A stretch of DNA of 64,000 nucleotides from Carcharhinus longimanus (taxonomy: Eukaryota): the NCBI GenBank assembly GCA_030264375.1, contig JASCQW010000132.1, positions 74,836,985-74,900,984 on the forward strand. The letters run 5' to 3'. Below, in pieces: positions 12,589 through 26,110 of the stretch (position 1 is its first letter; each line of letters begins with the position of its first letter). A program made the position numbers and the translations under genes. The notes beneath the pieces are model-generated. The model had not been told where the DNA came from. It did not search any database and saw only the letters and a list, made by a program, of their open reading frames with translations.

Positions 12589-15560
12589 TTCTTCTTCTGA
12601 GACAGTCCCTCAGAGTCAAGCATGATTTATTTCCATACTAAAAATGAGTTCTCAGGTGACTGAGAAGTCTAATGTGGGACCTATAGTTTCTGTCACAGGT
12701 AGGCAGATGGTGGTTGGTGGTGGGGTGCCCAGGTTGCCATGCACTCCTGTTACTGTTCACATTTGCTCTTGGCAATGAAACTCGAGGTGTTCAGCTACTT
12801 GCCAGGTGCTTTTCCTCCACTTTGGGTGGTCTTGGGCCAGGAATTCCCAGGTGGCAGTGGGGATGTTGCACTTTTTCAAGGAAGCTTGGGGGTGTCCATG
12901 ATGCACTTCTGCTGCCATCCTGGCGCATGTTAAAGCTCTGAGTAGAGTGTTAGTTTTGGCCTGCCCACAAAGCTGATTGAGCATGGTCAATGCCTCAGTT
13001 CTGGGGATGTTGACCTGAGCGAGAACACTGATGTCAGGTGTGCCAATCCTGCCAATTGATGCAGTGCTGGTTTGTGATGCTTCTCCAGGATTTTGAGGTG
13101 CTTGGTCTACATAGTTCATATCTTTGAACAATTTGGGGGGCAAATATCACTACTACTCTGTTGGCCATGTGCTGCCTCTGAGGTCCTGAACTTCAAACAC
13201 ACACTTCCTCAGCTGACTGAAAGCTGTGCTGGCGCAGTGAAGGCAGTGTTCAACCACATCATTGATGTTCACCCTTGTTGACAGTAGGTACCCAAGGTAT
13301 GGAAAAGTTCCACTTTGTCCAAGGCCTCATTTTGGATTTTGATAACCAGGGTGGAGAGCAGTGCTGAAGGATGGGGGGCAGGTAAGTAGAGCACTTTCGT
13401 GTTCGGTATAAGACCCATGCTTTCGTATGCTTTAAGGGATTCCTGATGATTTGGAGGAAGTGTGTGCAGACACAAGCATCATCTGTTCAATAACAAAGGA
13501 TGGGATGACCTTGGATCTAGTCTACAGACAGTGGAGTTTGAACAGATTCCTGTTTGTTTTATAATTTAGTCCCAATCCAGTGGGAAGCTTTTTGAGGGTG
13601 AAATGGGAGCATTGCAGCCAGAAAGATCAAGAAGAGCATCAGCGTGATGACACAGCCTTGCTTGAACCCAATCCAAATACAAATTGGGTCTGTGGTGGAT
13701 CCATTGTTTAGGATCACAGCTTGCATGTCATCATGGAGCAGACGAAGGATGGTGACAAACATTTGGGGGCAGCTGAAAGAGCGGAGGACACTCTGTAATC
13801 CCTCGGGATTGACTGTGTTGAAGGACTTTGTGAGGTCAAAGAAAGCCGTGTAGAAGGATTGGTGCTGTACCCTGCATTTCTCTTGCAGTTTCTGTGGTGA
13901 AGATCATGTTCATTGTGTCCCTTAGTGGGTAGAATCCACACTGCGACTCTGGGAGGAACTCTTCAGTCACAGGGCGAATGTGAGTAATAGGAAAACACTT
14001 GTGATGATCTTCCCTGTGGCCGACAACAGGGAAATTCCTCTGTAGTTACTGCAATCGGACCTGTCATCTTTCTTGAAGATGGTCATGAGTGTGGCATTTC
14101 TGATATCTTCTGTCATCTCCTCCTTTCAGACAAGGGAAATAAGGTCACGAATTTGCACCAATTGTGTTCCTCCCCATGTTTCAGTGCTTCAGCGGGGATT
14201 CCACTTGCTCCTGATGTTGTAGTTCTTTACCTGTTGGATTGCCTTTATTACCTTCTGCTGGGTTGGAGTTATGCTGAGATGGTGGTGGGTAGCATGCTGT
14301 GGGATGGAGTCGAGGATTCTCAAGTTGAAGACAGGAGTTTTCAAAATATACCTTCCAGGGTTGCTGACTGCCCCTCCTTTCTTGACCAGCAGTGGGTGGG
14401 AGCCTTGGGTACTTGGGTTATAGGTGGTCTTGATTGTATTAAAGAAATCTCATGCATCATGGTTGTTGGCTAACTGCTGGATCTCCTGCTCTTTCTCCAC
14501 TGATCACCTATTTTTAGGCCCCAAGATTTCAGCCTTCAGTGGAGCTGTTTTCTTGTTCTCGAGCAGGATTGCTGTTTCAGATATAATAAAGCTTTGTGCT
14601 TGCAGCTTATCAGCTCCAGGTCTCTTGATCTTTCTCATCAAATCAGTCATGATGTTTCCAGGTCGAGAGACCAAGCATCCCTTTGCAGGTGCTGGTTTTG
14701 GGCTAGGGTGAGCCAAAGGGTCAAGAGGAGTTGGTTTACCCCATAAGGGGAATCTCTGGGTTGGCCAACTAATTCCTTTTTAATGGTAAAACCAACCCCT
14801 TAGAAGTAGTGATCTTCTGTTTTACCTTTCTAGCAAGTGCAACTCCCACCTTTTTCTTTGAGCTGGTCTTCCCCTCCCAATGGGATTCACTCAGTGTGGC
14901 GATATTAATGTTGAAGTGCCTAAGTTCTTGGACTCTGAGAGCAGTACACTATTCCGGTCTGTTGTCGGCATTGTCCGTAAGGGTTCTGACATTCCAGGTC
15001 CTAAACTTCAGTTGTAGGGATAGAAATTGCCTGTGCCTAGGTCTTTTAATGTGTGCTGACCATTACACATCAGCTACTACATAGGCCTGATGGAGGGAGG
15101 CCTTGTTCCCAGTGGCAAGAGGGTCAAAAGATGACTGAAGTCCAGACCCTGCTGCATGGACCAAGGATGTACAAGTACACATATTCCTAACGTCCTCTTC
15201 TCTGCTTCCCCCAGAACCTCTCATACTGGGATACATAAAGTGTAGTGTTGGCCTCATGAGGATGGCACTGACCTCTGGCCTCTTGCTATTGCTGGTCCTA
15301 CAGCTCCATTGCTCCCCTCTTACTCTTAAAAGCCCCTCTGCTCCTTCTTGCTGTTCATGGCCATACTGCTTCTCTCTCACTGTGAATGGCCCTGCTGCTC
15401 CTCTCTCAATCTTCTAGGTGATGGTTACCGCCTCAAGGTCCTCTTCTCACCCACTTTTCTTATAACCACTGATGGGTTGAAAATCCACTGCTCCTCTGGT
15501 GCACACAATTCTGCCATTAGCTCTTGTAGAAGTGTGCTGACATGGCCCACAATGTAGTCT
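12589..15560 (-). mobile_element. RTE-clade LINE, near full length, decayed (APE endonuclease + RT)
   Basis: Minus frames: TWNVRTL..RPE..ELRHFNINIATLSE (APE, ~14880-15010); FFDLTKSFNTV, LRLLHDDM..GFKQGCVI and TDDACV (RT, ~13480-13850). It ends in gagggactgtctcagaagaag. Many stops and frameshifts. Confidence 0.92.
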
Positions 15561-18431
15561 AGAACAAAGATATATGGATTTCTGAATTTATACTGGGTAT
15601 ACCATAGGGCCCAATAAGGGGAAATCATATACTCACTTGGACAAGGCAACTGATAGTGAAGCAGTGAAGCCAGGGGCAGGGATTCTAAATGCTAGGAGCC
15701 CCTATGTCTCTCAAATATTGTTGTATTTTCTACATTGCTATACTAGGCATGCCAGGCTGTCACCTNNNNNNNNNNTTAAACATTTCAAAAGAAAAAAAAA
15801 TCCCCTCCCACCACCTCATTAGTGGGGAACATGAGGGAACATCAACTTCCTGTTCAGAGATGACAACTACCTATTCTCCCTACAACCTCTTGAAACAAGA
15901 TGCTGCCTGAGATCGGCCCCTATTGGCAAGTGCACCTCCCATTGACAGGAATGTGAGGGAGCATCTCCTCAACTCTGTAAAGCCTCTGGGGTTATTGGCA
16001 GAGGCATTCTGCCATTTCCTGCTCTAATATGCACACTGTGGACTTTCTGGCTATTGTATATTTATAAACCTGAAAATCAAAAACTATCATAATCACAGTA
16101 CTACAAATGAAGTTGGATGCTTGACACCCCATAAAACTCCTCAAATCAAGTTCCCTGTCAACATTATAAACAATTTTGTAATTTTGCCGACCTGTCCACC
16201 ACAGGAATCGGAGGCAGGCGAGGGGCAAAGGCTCATTGATCTCAGGTGGGTATTTACATTTTTGGGATGAGTGAGGCCAGAATACCCCACCTGTTAAGTT
16301 AGTCAAATATTTTGTCGTTTCCTCTCCTTTAACTTATATTAAATCTTAATGTGCAGCATTTTAACGCTTCTGGGGAGAGATGCAAAGTTTTGTTTTCAGC
16401 CAGTTTTATGCAATATTTATTTGGATCTGGGAGTTAGCAAGATCAAGTCTCAAGGCTTGCATTGACCCACCTTTATCTCATTAAACAAAATTTCCTTTTA
16501 CTTTTACTGTGCAGTGCTACAATAAAGAATGGAATGCGGGTGAGGCTATACTGCATATTGCTATTTGTGTTAATTAGCCATTGCCCATTTCTCTTCTTAT
16601 AATGCTGCTTTCTTCTTCTTTGCTCTGTTTTTATTCACTACAAATGTCTTGCTTGAATTCAATATAAATTACACAATTGGTCATTAAGGTCCACCTTTCC
16701 CTTTTTGAGGCAGAGTATTGCAGCAGTTAGAGAAAGCAGCGTTGAAGCCCAAATGGCAGCTTTCTCTGCCATATTGTTCGTAACTAGACAAAATAGGTGA
16801 GGGTGAGTTGCATGACATTACCCCAGCCTACCCTCCTAGCAACTTAGTTTTTTAAAGATCAGGGCACCATTTTTAAAGGCTGCTCGGTACACAAAAGTAA
16901 AATGAGAACCCCCACACAGACACCACCCTGGCACTGCCCCCACAGGGGGTATAAGGGAAGCAGCACTGAGATGGATTACAAAGCTGAATTCTACTTTTAG
17001 AGGATGGAGTTATGAGGATCTCTTTGTAAAACTCAGCTTTTGTCACCCTTGGAAGGAGGTGAATGGAATAAGGTCCTGATAGTGACATGCAAGACAGCAG
17101 GTGAAAATAAGATCCATGAGCATTACTTTGAACTAAACCACAACGAGAGCACAGGGGCCAAAAGTACAAACTGAATAGAACTGATGCCAATATATAGTTC
17201 TCCATGTAAAAAGTGACCAAGCAATAATGCCTCAGGTTTAACGTGAAACTACCTCTGTCATTTTGACATCAACCAGGTACACAATGAAGGTTTTGAAATA
17301 GCCGTACCAATACCCAGAGCTAAATTCTGCAAATTATTTTATTTCAAAAGGCAGATTCAAATCCTCATCCCCAGCATTTGGGCCATGATTCTTTTAATGT
17401 GGGAAATTGAAGATGGATGATTGAACTAAACTTCATCATGTCTTTCCTTCACATTCTGTCCTTCCTCCTTATTTTTAAACAAAAAAACAGAAGCTGTGGG
17501 AAAGTATTTTCTCATTGGAGTGATAGCACTAAACTAAACAGTAGAACTATTCCTATGCTGTTTAGCACAGTTGCAATGGTACAGGAGTCAACTGACTGAG
17601 CTTTTCTATTTTATGTCTGCAAAGCAGAAAATGATTCTTTTTCATCGTTGGTCTCTAATGGACTTTCAGATTTCGACTGAGTGGCTGCTCCATCCATTCC
17701 TTTTGCATCTCCTGAGTTGGGACACTGCTTCTCCAAAGGTCAAGCCGTTGTCACGGCAGTTCTAGGTTTTCCTGTTCCTAATGAATGTCTTTTTTCATTA
17801 TTGCAGCTGCTCACATTGGAACACTAACCCAAATGTCTGCATTTAGCACACCACTGGCCAGTGTCCAGAACTCAAGCAGCGTGTGCATACTGCCCACATT
17901 GTATTTATTTTGCGGATAGTAAACGTGCTGGGGGAATATGCAAAGGGTAGATTGCATGTTAACTGTAAGCCCTGTATGTCGGGAGATGGTAAATTTCAGT
18001 TCATTCAAAATCAGCTGCCGATCCAAATGAAAGGGCTGTGCTGTAATGGGATCTTGTCGTCATGGATTTCTGGCTCACCAAGAAAAGCTTTCTTTCCCTG
18101 AATGTGGCACGCTCGAGTCTGTTCAAAAGTGTCTTCATTGTAAAAGTTGCCGCAGATGCAAATCCCCACATCTTTGATTCTCTGAACTGTTCATTTGCAA
18201 CAATGCTGACAATGCCCTTTCTAATTGGTGCAAATTAACTTTCAGACTCTTTACAAATTGAATTAAAATTTGTTTCTGTTCACCCAAATATGGAATGGAA
18301 ATGGCGTGAGTTGGGAGAAGGCAAATGAAAAGTCTGCCCATGCAAATCTGATATGCTGCAATACAGAATGCTCACTGTTTCAGAGAAGACATGATAAGGT
18401 GATATTGAAAGACTTAAATGGCACCTTTATA

Positions 18432-18488
18432 TGATTGATGTTATTTCGACAGCAGTGAAAGGGGGCAAAAAATAAGGTTATCCTGTCA
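18432..18488. promoter_or_regulatory. Candidate Pbx-Hox + Meis motif pair in a repeat-poor intronic block
   Basis: TGATTGATGT at 18432-18441 and CTGTCA at 18483-18488. Motif match only. Confidence 0.3.
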
Positions 18489-19019
18489 GCAGCGTAAATC
18501 ACTTTAGAGGGGGCTGAGTCTCTCAGTCCCATGACTAGCTATTGTGTGTTAGTATCTTAATGCATGGATGTGTTTAACATGACATTCTGCAATGATAGCC
18601 ACAGTCGGTGTACTTTGTGGAGTTATACTGAAGTAATTGCACAGCGCAATTGACACAAATCCACCTCCAGCTACATTCAGTGACAAATGCTATGGCTGAG
18701 GCGATTCACACTGAAAGATTGCATGTATAGTCAGACTGTTGCAAAGTAGTTTTATTTGGTACTATTGTTAAGAAACTGTCATGTAAATCTGGAATCAAAT
18801 TATGAATTAACTGGTGGGAAGTACAGCGAGAATTTTACCTCTAATCATTGTAGTGTAAATTCACTCTAAAACACACTGAAAAATTGCATACATTAAGTGG
18901 GACAAAAAAATGACCCAATACAAAATAATATATTCAGAGAAGGAATAAAATACATTATGGTAAGAATAAAACTGACAAAATCACAAGTATATGATACAAT
19001 TTGTGGCTGAAGAACTCAG

Positions 19020-19130
19020 AGTTTTAAGCTAAAACAGGGAGTGGAACTCAGCACAAGTACGTTTTCAAAGATTACAGCACAGCTATGATGGGCCAAATGC
19101 GCTCTTCTTCTGTGCTGTAAGATTCTATGA
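19020..19130 (+). mobile_element. CR1 3' UTR fragment
   Basis: gatgggccaaatg..cttctgtgctgtaagattctatga tail. Confidence 0.7.
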
Positions 19131-19664
19131 GTTGAATTGCACATTGAACAGCCATCGGCTTAAAATGTTAGCATTTTATTGTCTAATATTTGCAGTCATA
19201 AAACGATGCAATCCACTATGTTAGTCCTATAGTAGAAAAAGCTCTGGGAACAGAAATAGAATGAGCTAGAATAGAATCAAAGGTTGCTGCACAAACATTC
19301 CAATGTAGTTTTCTAAGTACATTTTACTAATAAACACTCAGCCTAATGACCCAAGCCTTTGACATTAGAGAGGGATAGAAAGGACATGACATATTCCTAT
19401 GTCAGGTCAGTATGACTAACTATCATTCATTTCGTAGGGGTTGCTGATTAGCAATGTCCCTTCCAAAATGATGCCATTTTACAATTGGGATTGAGAAAAA
19501 TCACAATAAAAGCCATTTTGTTTTGTGAAAATCATGGTAATGAAGAGATTGAGAGTATCAAAACAGTCCAGTGTTTTGGCATGTTGATTGTTTGAGGCTC
19601 GTAGCTTCATTGTCTGGCCTCAGTTAAACCTAGAAACAGCGCGCTTCCATCTGAAAATTAAGTT

Positions 19665-20165
19665 CTCACACTTTAGGAAGCTGTCGAGGCTTAGTCTGTG
19701 AACATTTTCAAGGCTGAGATTGATAGGTTTTTAATCAGTGAGAGAATTAAGGATTACAGAGATAAGGTAAGATAGTGGACTGACACGGTTGCACAGTGGT
19801 TAGCACTGCTGCCTTACAGCGCCAGGGATCTGGGTTTGATTCCCAGCTTGGGTACTGTCTATGTGGAGTTTACACATTCTTCCCATGTCTGTGTGGGTTT
19901 CCTCTGGGTGCTCCGGTTTCCTCCCACAATCCGAAAGTTGTGCTGGTTAGATGCATTAGCATGCTAAATTCTCAGTGTACCTGAACAGGCATTGGAGTGA
20001 GGGGACTCGGGGATTTTCACAAACTTCATTGCAGTGTTAATGTAAGCCTACTTGTAACACTAATAAATAAGCTTTAAACTTAAAACACTTAGGTCTACTG
20101 TGATCTTATTAAATGGTGGAGCAGGCTCGAAGGGCTGAAAGCCTACTCCTGTTTCTATTCCTCAC
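19665..20165 (+). mobile_element. CR1 3' fragment interrupted by a V-SINE (19783-20085)
   Basis: ttcaaggctgagattgatagg lies before the SINE, and gatcttattaaatggtggagcaggctcgaagggctgaa..cctactcctg lies after it. Confidence 0.85.
19783..20085 (+). mobile_element. V-SINE, alternative-tail subfamily
   Basis: HE1-like head and V-domain, but the tail is ggattttcaca..cttcattgcagtgttaatgtaagcctacttgt..ctaataaataa. Confidence 0.92.
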
Positions 20166-21559
20166 AGCCTTATGGTCTTAACTCCCTTTATAGGTTAAAG
20201 TTCCTCCCATTGAATCTTTTTACACACTTGTAGGAACCAATTTAACTTTCTTTGTCACAATAAACAGATGATAATCAACTGAACATTTTACAATGAGTCC
20301 AATATTCTGTTACATGGAATACAAAGTTTGATGAGGTGTGGTGCTGAAATCTATTGTCTGATTTTTGCCTGCTGATAAAAAATTAAAATGGTATCAATAA
20401 GCTCTAAGATTGTGAGATTCAGCTCCCCATTGGAGCCCCGCTGGGTCAGGTGTGGAGTTGTTGTTACGAGGTTCTCCACTAAGCTGCATGGGTGCCCAGC
20501 AATCTGGAACAGACTGCACAGTGCAGGAAACAGGCTGCACACTGCCATTGTTCCACAGAAGATGAGTACATGCTTGGCTGTGCAGCAATCATTAAGGTCC
20601 TGTGCAACAAACATATCACGCACAAGGAAAACTTAAAACGTTGTACATAACAGTTCTAATGTTCTGTTGGTTTTAATGGTTAAAAGATTGGTAACATCAT
20701 GTATTGGGTACTCAAATCTTTCAACTGATTCACTGCTCTGTATTCAGTTCAGTGAAAGTCTACACCATGTGTAGAGTTGCCCAATTTTAAGACTTTTAAC
20801 TAAATTGGCATATTACTGATATAAATAGATTGTACCTTTAAGAGAGTAAAATTTTGGGCAGAGAATTCCTGCTAAAATTAATTCTTCCTTTGGTTTATGC
20901 TGACTTGCGTATCTAACTTAGTCCTCACCAAAATCTATTAAAAAAAAATCTATTCTAATTTTCACCTAGGCTCTTTTTTAACCACCTCTCAAATAATGAT
21001 TATGGCAATATGAATGGTTACAGCTTTGGATATTTTATATTATCTTTTATTTTTTGCAAGCAAACATTAGTCAATCTGTCATACAGTTTGCCTTTCAAAA
21101 CGTGGAAAAAACAATATTTTAGGGGTCTATAGAGGAAATATCTGGGCCCTGATTTTTGCAGAGTTGTACAGACTCTATGCCATATCCAAATTGGCATTGA
21201 GGACCCTGAATCTGACCCATTTCTAACAGATCAGTTTGGGAAAATGGAGCAGGATGTTATTCACACATAGGGGAAACCCAAATCAACAGGGGCATTTGAA
21301 CTCAGTGCTGGAGTGAAGTCCATAATGTGTGACTGAGGATTTTTAAGACTTAGGATTTTGAAGATTAAATATGTATGTGTGTCAAAAATGGATTAGGTCT
21401 GTGGAACTTTCAAGCTGCCAAGTTATTTTGAAAAAAAGCCCTGCTTGTCGCTGAGTTGACAAAAAAAATCAGTGCTTGAAATTTCAATAACTGTTTGTTG
21501 ACATTAATGCACACATGTGGCCCTTAAACTTAATATGGAATTCTATTGTACTATGATCA

Positions 21560-23110
21560 CTTTTCCTAAGAGGATCTTAGACTGAGGTTACTCACTAATC
21601 CAACATCATACCGCAGTATTACACATTAAATCGTCCTATCTCAGTTGTATTGTCTAAGGTATTGTCCAAGGAAACGGAATTCTACAAACTCATCTTGCAA
21701 GCTATTTTTGCTAATTTGATTTTGCCCTTCTTACTAGCTACATTTTCTACTTCCTGTTCTATTCAACACCTTATAGGACCCCATCAGTATCTACTGTTAG
21801 GGGCTTATAAGAATACTCTGACCAGAATATTCTGTCTTGACATTTCTAATTTCCACCCATATTTATTCTGCTTCCTAATCTTCTGAGCCAAGGTCTTTCT
21901 GTTATCATGTCTTAATCCTTGTCATCCTTTGTTATCAAGATTATTGCACCTCCTCCTTTTCTATTTGGCCTGTCTTATCAACATGTTAAGTACCTTAGAA
22001 TAATTTATCCAACCTTAGTCTCCTTGCAGCCATATCTCTGTAATATGATATATCAATCCCATTTGTTACTATTTCTGCTGGTAGTTCCTGTATTATACAA
22101 GAAATGCTCTGTGAATTCAGATCAAGAGCCTTTAATTATTTTTAAAAATCATTATTCTTTGTATATTCTTTTCACTTTTTTTTCACTTACAGTTAAACTA
22201 TTCTGCTTGTTTTTACCCAAATCACTGCACCTAGATTTCTAACTTTTTCTTTACCCAATTCCTCCCTCTTCTTCAAGTTTAAAACCCGATTCATTGTCCC
22301 TGGTTATACAATCCACCAGGATACTGATCCCAGCCTGGTGAAAGTGGAGCCCATCCCAATGGAACCGCTCTCTTTTCCCCCTCATATTGATGCCAGTGCC
22401 CCATGAGTTGAAACTCTTACTTCCCAGATCACTCTTCCAGCCGTGCATTTAATTCTCTAATCCGCTTGATCCTATGCCAATTTATAAATAGCTCAATTAG
22501 TAATCCAGAGATTATGGCTGGAATTGTCCAGCCATTCATGCCCTGTCACTGCTGCTGTGAGAATGGAGAATTTGGTACTCGCCCAAATCTCCATTCACTG
22601 CAGCGAGATAGGAGAATCTCGATTGCAAGCACAGTTGGACAATTGGGTCCTTTTATTCTTGTTATTGAATTAGAAATTCCTTTGCAGAAATTCATTCTTA
22701 ATTTTATCTATATTATTGGTTCCTATGAATACCACAACAACTGGGTCCTTCTTACTACGCCCGCATTCACCAAATATGAGAAGATGTGTTTAACCCTGAC
22801 ACTGGGTTGGGAGAACAACCTTTGGAACTTTAAGTTGCACCTACGGAGAAAAATATCTATTCCCTTGACTATACTATTTGCTATCTTTGTTTTGCATTCC
22901 TTTTTCACTTCCACACTTGAATGGTCTCCTACCCCATGGTGCTACGGGCAGCTTGCCCATCCACTCCTCAGTTCCCATACATAGCTGAATTGTAATAACA
23001 TCCTTCTATCCTTTGATCAACTTGCTTAATTTAGGAGGGATGTAGCAGTCACCTGACCAAGATATCCAGGTAACTCTCCCCCTCTCTTGGAATCCAGCCC
23101 CACAATTCAG
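21560..23110 (-). mobile_element. CR1 LINE 5'/middle fragment (ORF1 esterase + endonuclease), decayed, with a small hairpin MITE at ~22514-22640
   Basis: ORF 22251..22448(-) contains FHWDGLH, the SGNH esterase motif of CR1 ORF1. DPVVVV-like motif at ~22730. Hairpin gaatggagaatttgg/ccaaatctccattc at 22561-22596. Confidence 0.75.
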
Positions 23111-23499
23111 CATTNNNNNNNNNNTGGTGTAGGATCAAATGTCCACCATAATCTCCTACATGCTGCAGTTATAGAGTTGACTGGAATCAAATCACATCCA
23201 GCAAGAACTACCCTGTGGTTCATATTCAACCATGTCTCAATACTTACAGTAAAACATTCCATCCTCTGCTATAACTTCTCATCTAATTTTTCATTATTCT
23301 GGTGATAACCCTAAATTTGTAATCTCTTGTACTGATTCACCAACTACTGGAATTGACCTTTCAGTACTTAAAACTTTCTAAATTTTAAAAGCCTTAATTA
23401 GATGCTCACTTCAAGCTCAAAGGACATACATGGAATTGTACATCAGCGTGAGTCACAGGCAATTATTTTGGATAGCCTTTGAGATTGGTGATTGTGAGG

Positions 23500-24260
23500 C
23501 ACAAAAATCATGGGGGAGATATTACACCAGCGAGATTTCCCCTTCAGAATGTCCCCAACCCCTTCTAGTGATGTAATGAGGTTCCTGCCATGAACGGTCA
23601 GGAACTCCTTCAACATAACTTCACATGTCATTAGTAGGCCTCGCTGCTGTATCATCCCACCCTTCACTCCCCAAGTAGGAATATGGCTCCCATTTCACGC
23701 TCCCAGCATGATGTCACATCAGTGGGGTTTACAAAAGGTCTTGACAAACAGGGGACCTGGCAAACAGAAAGTGCTGGGGGAGCACAGATAAGTGCAGTTC
23801 TCAAAGGGGGAAGTGGGTCATGCCTGGGCACAGCCACCTGGCACTACCTGGACACCTCTGGGGGGGGCTTCCATTATGGAGGTTTGGACTAGGGATGGTT
23901 TCTGTGTCTGTGGGTGGCAATAGGGAGGAGGTTTCTTTTTATTTTTTTCCTGATTGGGCTGGCCTTTTTAAAGGGGTCAGGAGCCGAGTTTGCTGGCAGG
24001 TTGGGCTCATTCAGAGCTCTGCTATGGCGTCATGGGACCTNNNNNNNNNNNNNNNNNNNNNNNNNNNNNNNNNNNNNNNNNNNNNNNNNNNNNNNNNNNN
24101 NNNNNNNNNNNNNNNNNNNNNNNNNNNNNNNNNNNNNNNNCATGGGACCTATCTCCAGGATTTTATTTTTCGGTGTTTTTAAAAATTCAGTGGGAAAAAC
24201 TGGCAGCACAGCCTATGGGCGACACACTGCTTATCCCAACCAAGTTGACACTGAAAAAAA
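23500..24260. mobile_element. Harbinger-like MITE relic spanning a gap
   Basis: GC-richer non-coding block with a ggggagatattacacc terminus and gaaaaactggc..gacac motifs shared with 5422-5500 and 43000-43090. Confidence 0.35.
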
Positions 24261-24264
24261 ATGA

Positions 24265-24600
24265 ATGGTGGCACAGTGGTTAGCACTGCTGCTTCACAGG
24301 CCTAGGACTCAGGTTCAATCCTAGCCTGGGGTGACTGTGTGGAGTTTGCACATTTTCCTTGTGTCAGTGTGGCTTTCCTTCAGATGCTTTGGTTTCCTCC
24401 CACAGTCCACAGATGTGCAGCTTAGGTGGACTGGCCATGCTAAATTATCCCTTAGCGTTCCAAGATGTGTGGATTATGGGAATTAGGAGGTAAGTAAGTG
24501 GGGTAATGGGGATAGGGTGTGAATGAGATGCACTGTTGGAGAGTCACCCCAGAATCGATGGGCTGAATGAACTCCTTCTGACTGTAAGGATTCTATTATT
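24265..24600 (+). mobile_element. HE1 V-SINE, CR1-type tail
   Basis: Head, V-domain and ggattctat tail. Confidence 0.9.
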
Positions 24601-24641
24601 TTGAATGCTCTAATCTCCACACCAGGAGATTGTGTTAACCA

Positions 24642-24963
24642 CCGGACAGCATGGTAGCACACTGATTAGCACTGCTGCTTCACAGCTCCAGGGACCTGGG
24701 TTTGATTCCTGGCTTGGGTCACTGTCTGTGAGGAATTTGCACATTCTCCTTGTGTCTGTGTGGGTTTCCTCCTGCAGTCCAAAGATGTGTGGGTTAGGTT
24801 GATTGGCCATGCTAAAAAATTGCCCCTTGGTGTCCTGGGATGCATAGAGGGATTAGTGGGTAAAATATGTAAGGATATGGGGGTACAGCCTGGGTGGGAT
24901 TGTGTTCGGTGCAGACTTGACGGGCCAAAGGGCCTCTTTCTGCACTGTAGAGTTCTATGATTA
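24642..24963 (+). mobile_element. HE1 V-SINE, CR1-type tail (tandem to the previous copy)
   Basis: Head ggacagcatggtagcacac, V-domain, gcctgggtgggattgtg..gcactgtagagttctatga. Confidence 0.92.
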
Positions 24964-25074
24964 TTCAAATGGCTATTGGTGAGCCCATGACCAGCCGCAA
25001 GGCTCAATCAGTTGAAGGTGATAGTATACTCATATCAAGGACAAATACCTGTTGACTTTTGATCTCACAGTCTA

Positions 25075-25188
25075 TTATGGAACGGCGATAATTATGGGGG
25101 ATTTCAATCTACATATTGATTGGTTGACCCATGTTGGACGCGGTGGGCTCGAGGAGGAGTTCTTGGAATGCTGCCGGGATAGTTTCCT
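25075..25188 (+). mobile_element. CR1 endonuclease fragment running into a gap
   Basis: IIMGDFNLHIDW...EEEFLECCRDSF (APE GDFN motif). Confidence 0.85.
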
Positions 25189-25288
25189 NNNNNNNNNNNN
25201 NNNNNNNNNNNNNNNNNNNNNNNNNNNNNNNNNNNNNNNNNNNNNNNNNNNNNNNNNNNNNNNNNNNNNNNNNNNNNNNNNNNNNNNN

Positions 25289-25430
25289 TCATGCTAAATT
25301 GCCCTCAGTGTCAGGGAGATAAGCAGGGTAAATGTGTGGGGTTACAGGGATAAGGCCTGGGTGGGATTGTTACTGGCACAGGCTCATGTTGGACTGAATG
25401 ACCTTTTGCTGCATTGCAGGGATTCCAGAA
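25289..25430 (+). mobile_element. HE1 V-SINE 3' half after a gap
   Basis: catgctaaattgccc..ggcctgggtgggattgt..gcattgcagggattc. Confidence 0.8.
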
Positions 25431-25739
25431 TAGTGCCAACATTTCAAGTCAGGTTGATCTTTTGTCAGAGCATTCCAGATATTAACTCACAATGTGAAAA
25501 AAAGTCTTCTCATGATACCTTAGGTTGTTTTGTCTTTCACCTCTGGTTCTCAACCCCTCTGCCAATGGAAACAGTTTCTCTCTATATACTCTAACATCAG
25601 CTCCCTACCCAAACACCCCCGCCCCCCACCCCACCCCAAAACTCATGGGCTGAGTCTCATTTGCATCTCATTTGCATCAGGACAATTAATTGCAGTGGAA
25701 GGTTGAATTTAGGGCTGCCAATGTATCATATAATGCTAT

Positions 25740-26110
25740 GATGATGGTGCAGCAATAATGTCACTGGACTAGTAATCCAGAGACCCAAGTTAATGCTCTG
25801 GAGACATACGTTCAAAACCCACCATGGTAACTGGTGGAAATTAAATTAAATTCATAACACCTCAAATTAAAAGCTAGTCTCAGTAATAGTGGCCATGAAA
25901 CTCTTGTTGATTGTCATAAAAAGTCACCAGTTCACGAATGCCCTTTAGCGCAGGAAGCAGGCTGACTTTTCCTGGTCTGGCCTATATGTGATTCTAGACA
26001 CACTGTAATGCAATTGGCACTTAGTTGCCCTCTTCAGTTCAAGGAAAATTAGGAATGGGAAACCATGCTGGGTCTTGCCAATAAAGCCCACATCCCTTGA
26101 CAGAATAATT
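25740..26110 (+). mobile_element. tRNA-headed SINE family B
   Basis: cactggactagtaatccagagaccc..gttcaaaacccaccatgg..ctggtctggcctatatgtga..gctgggtcttgcca..cccacatccc. Confidence 0.88.

Noticed and set aside
17670-17738. 69-nt in-frame cassette exon candidate
   Set aside because: It has a TGA in the phase-1 frame required by the MEGF exon, and the donor (GTCAAG) is weak.
24030-24150. catgggacct repeated on both sides of the N gap
   Set aside because: It could be a TSD of a collapsed insertion or a contig overlap artefact. This cannot be resolved across an unsized gap.
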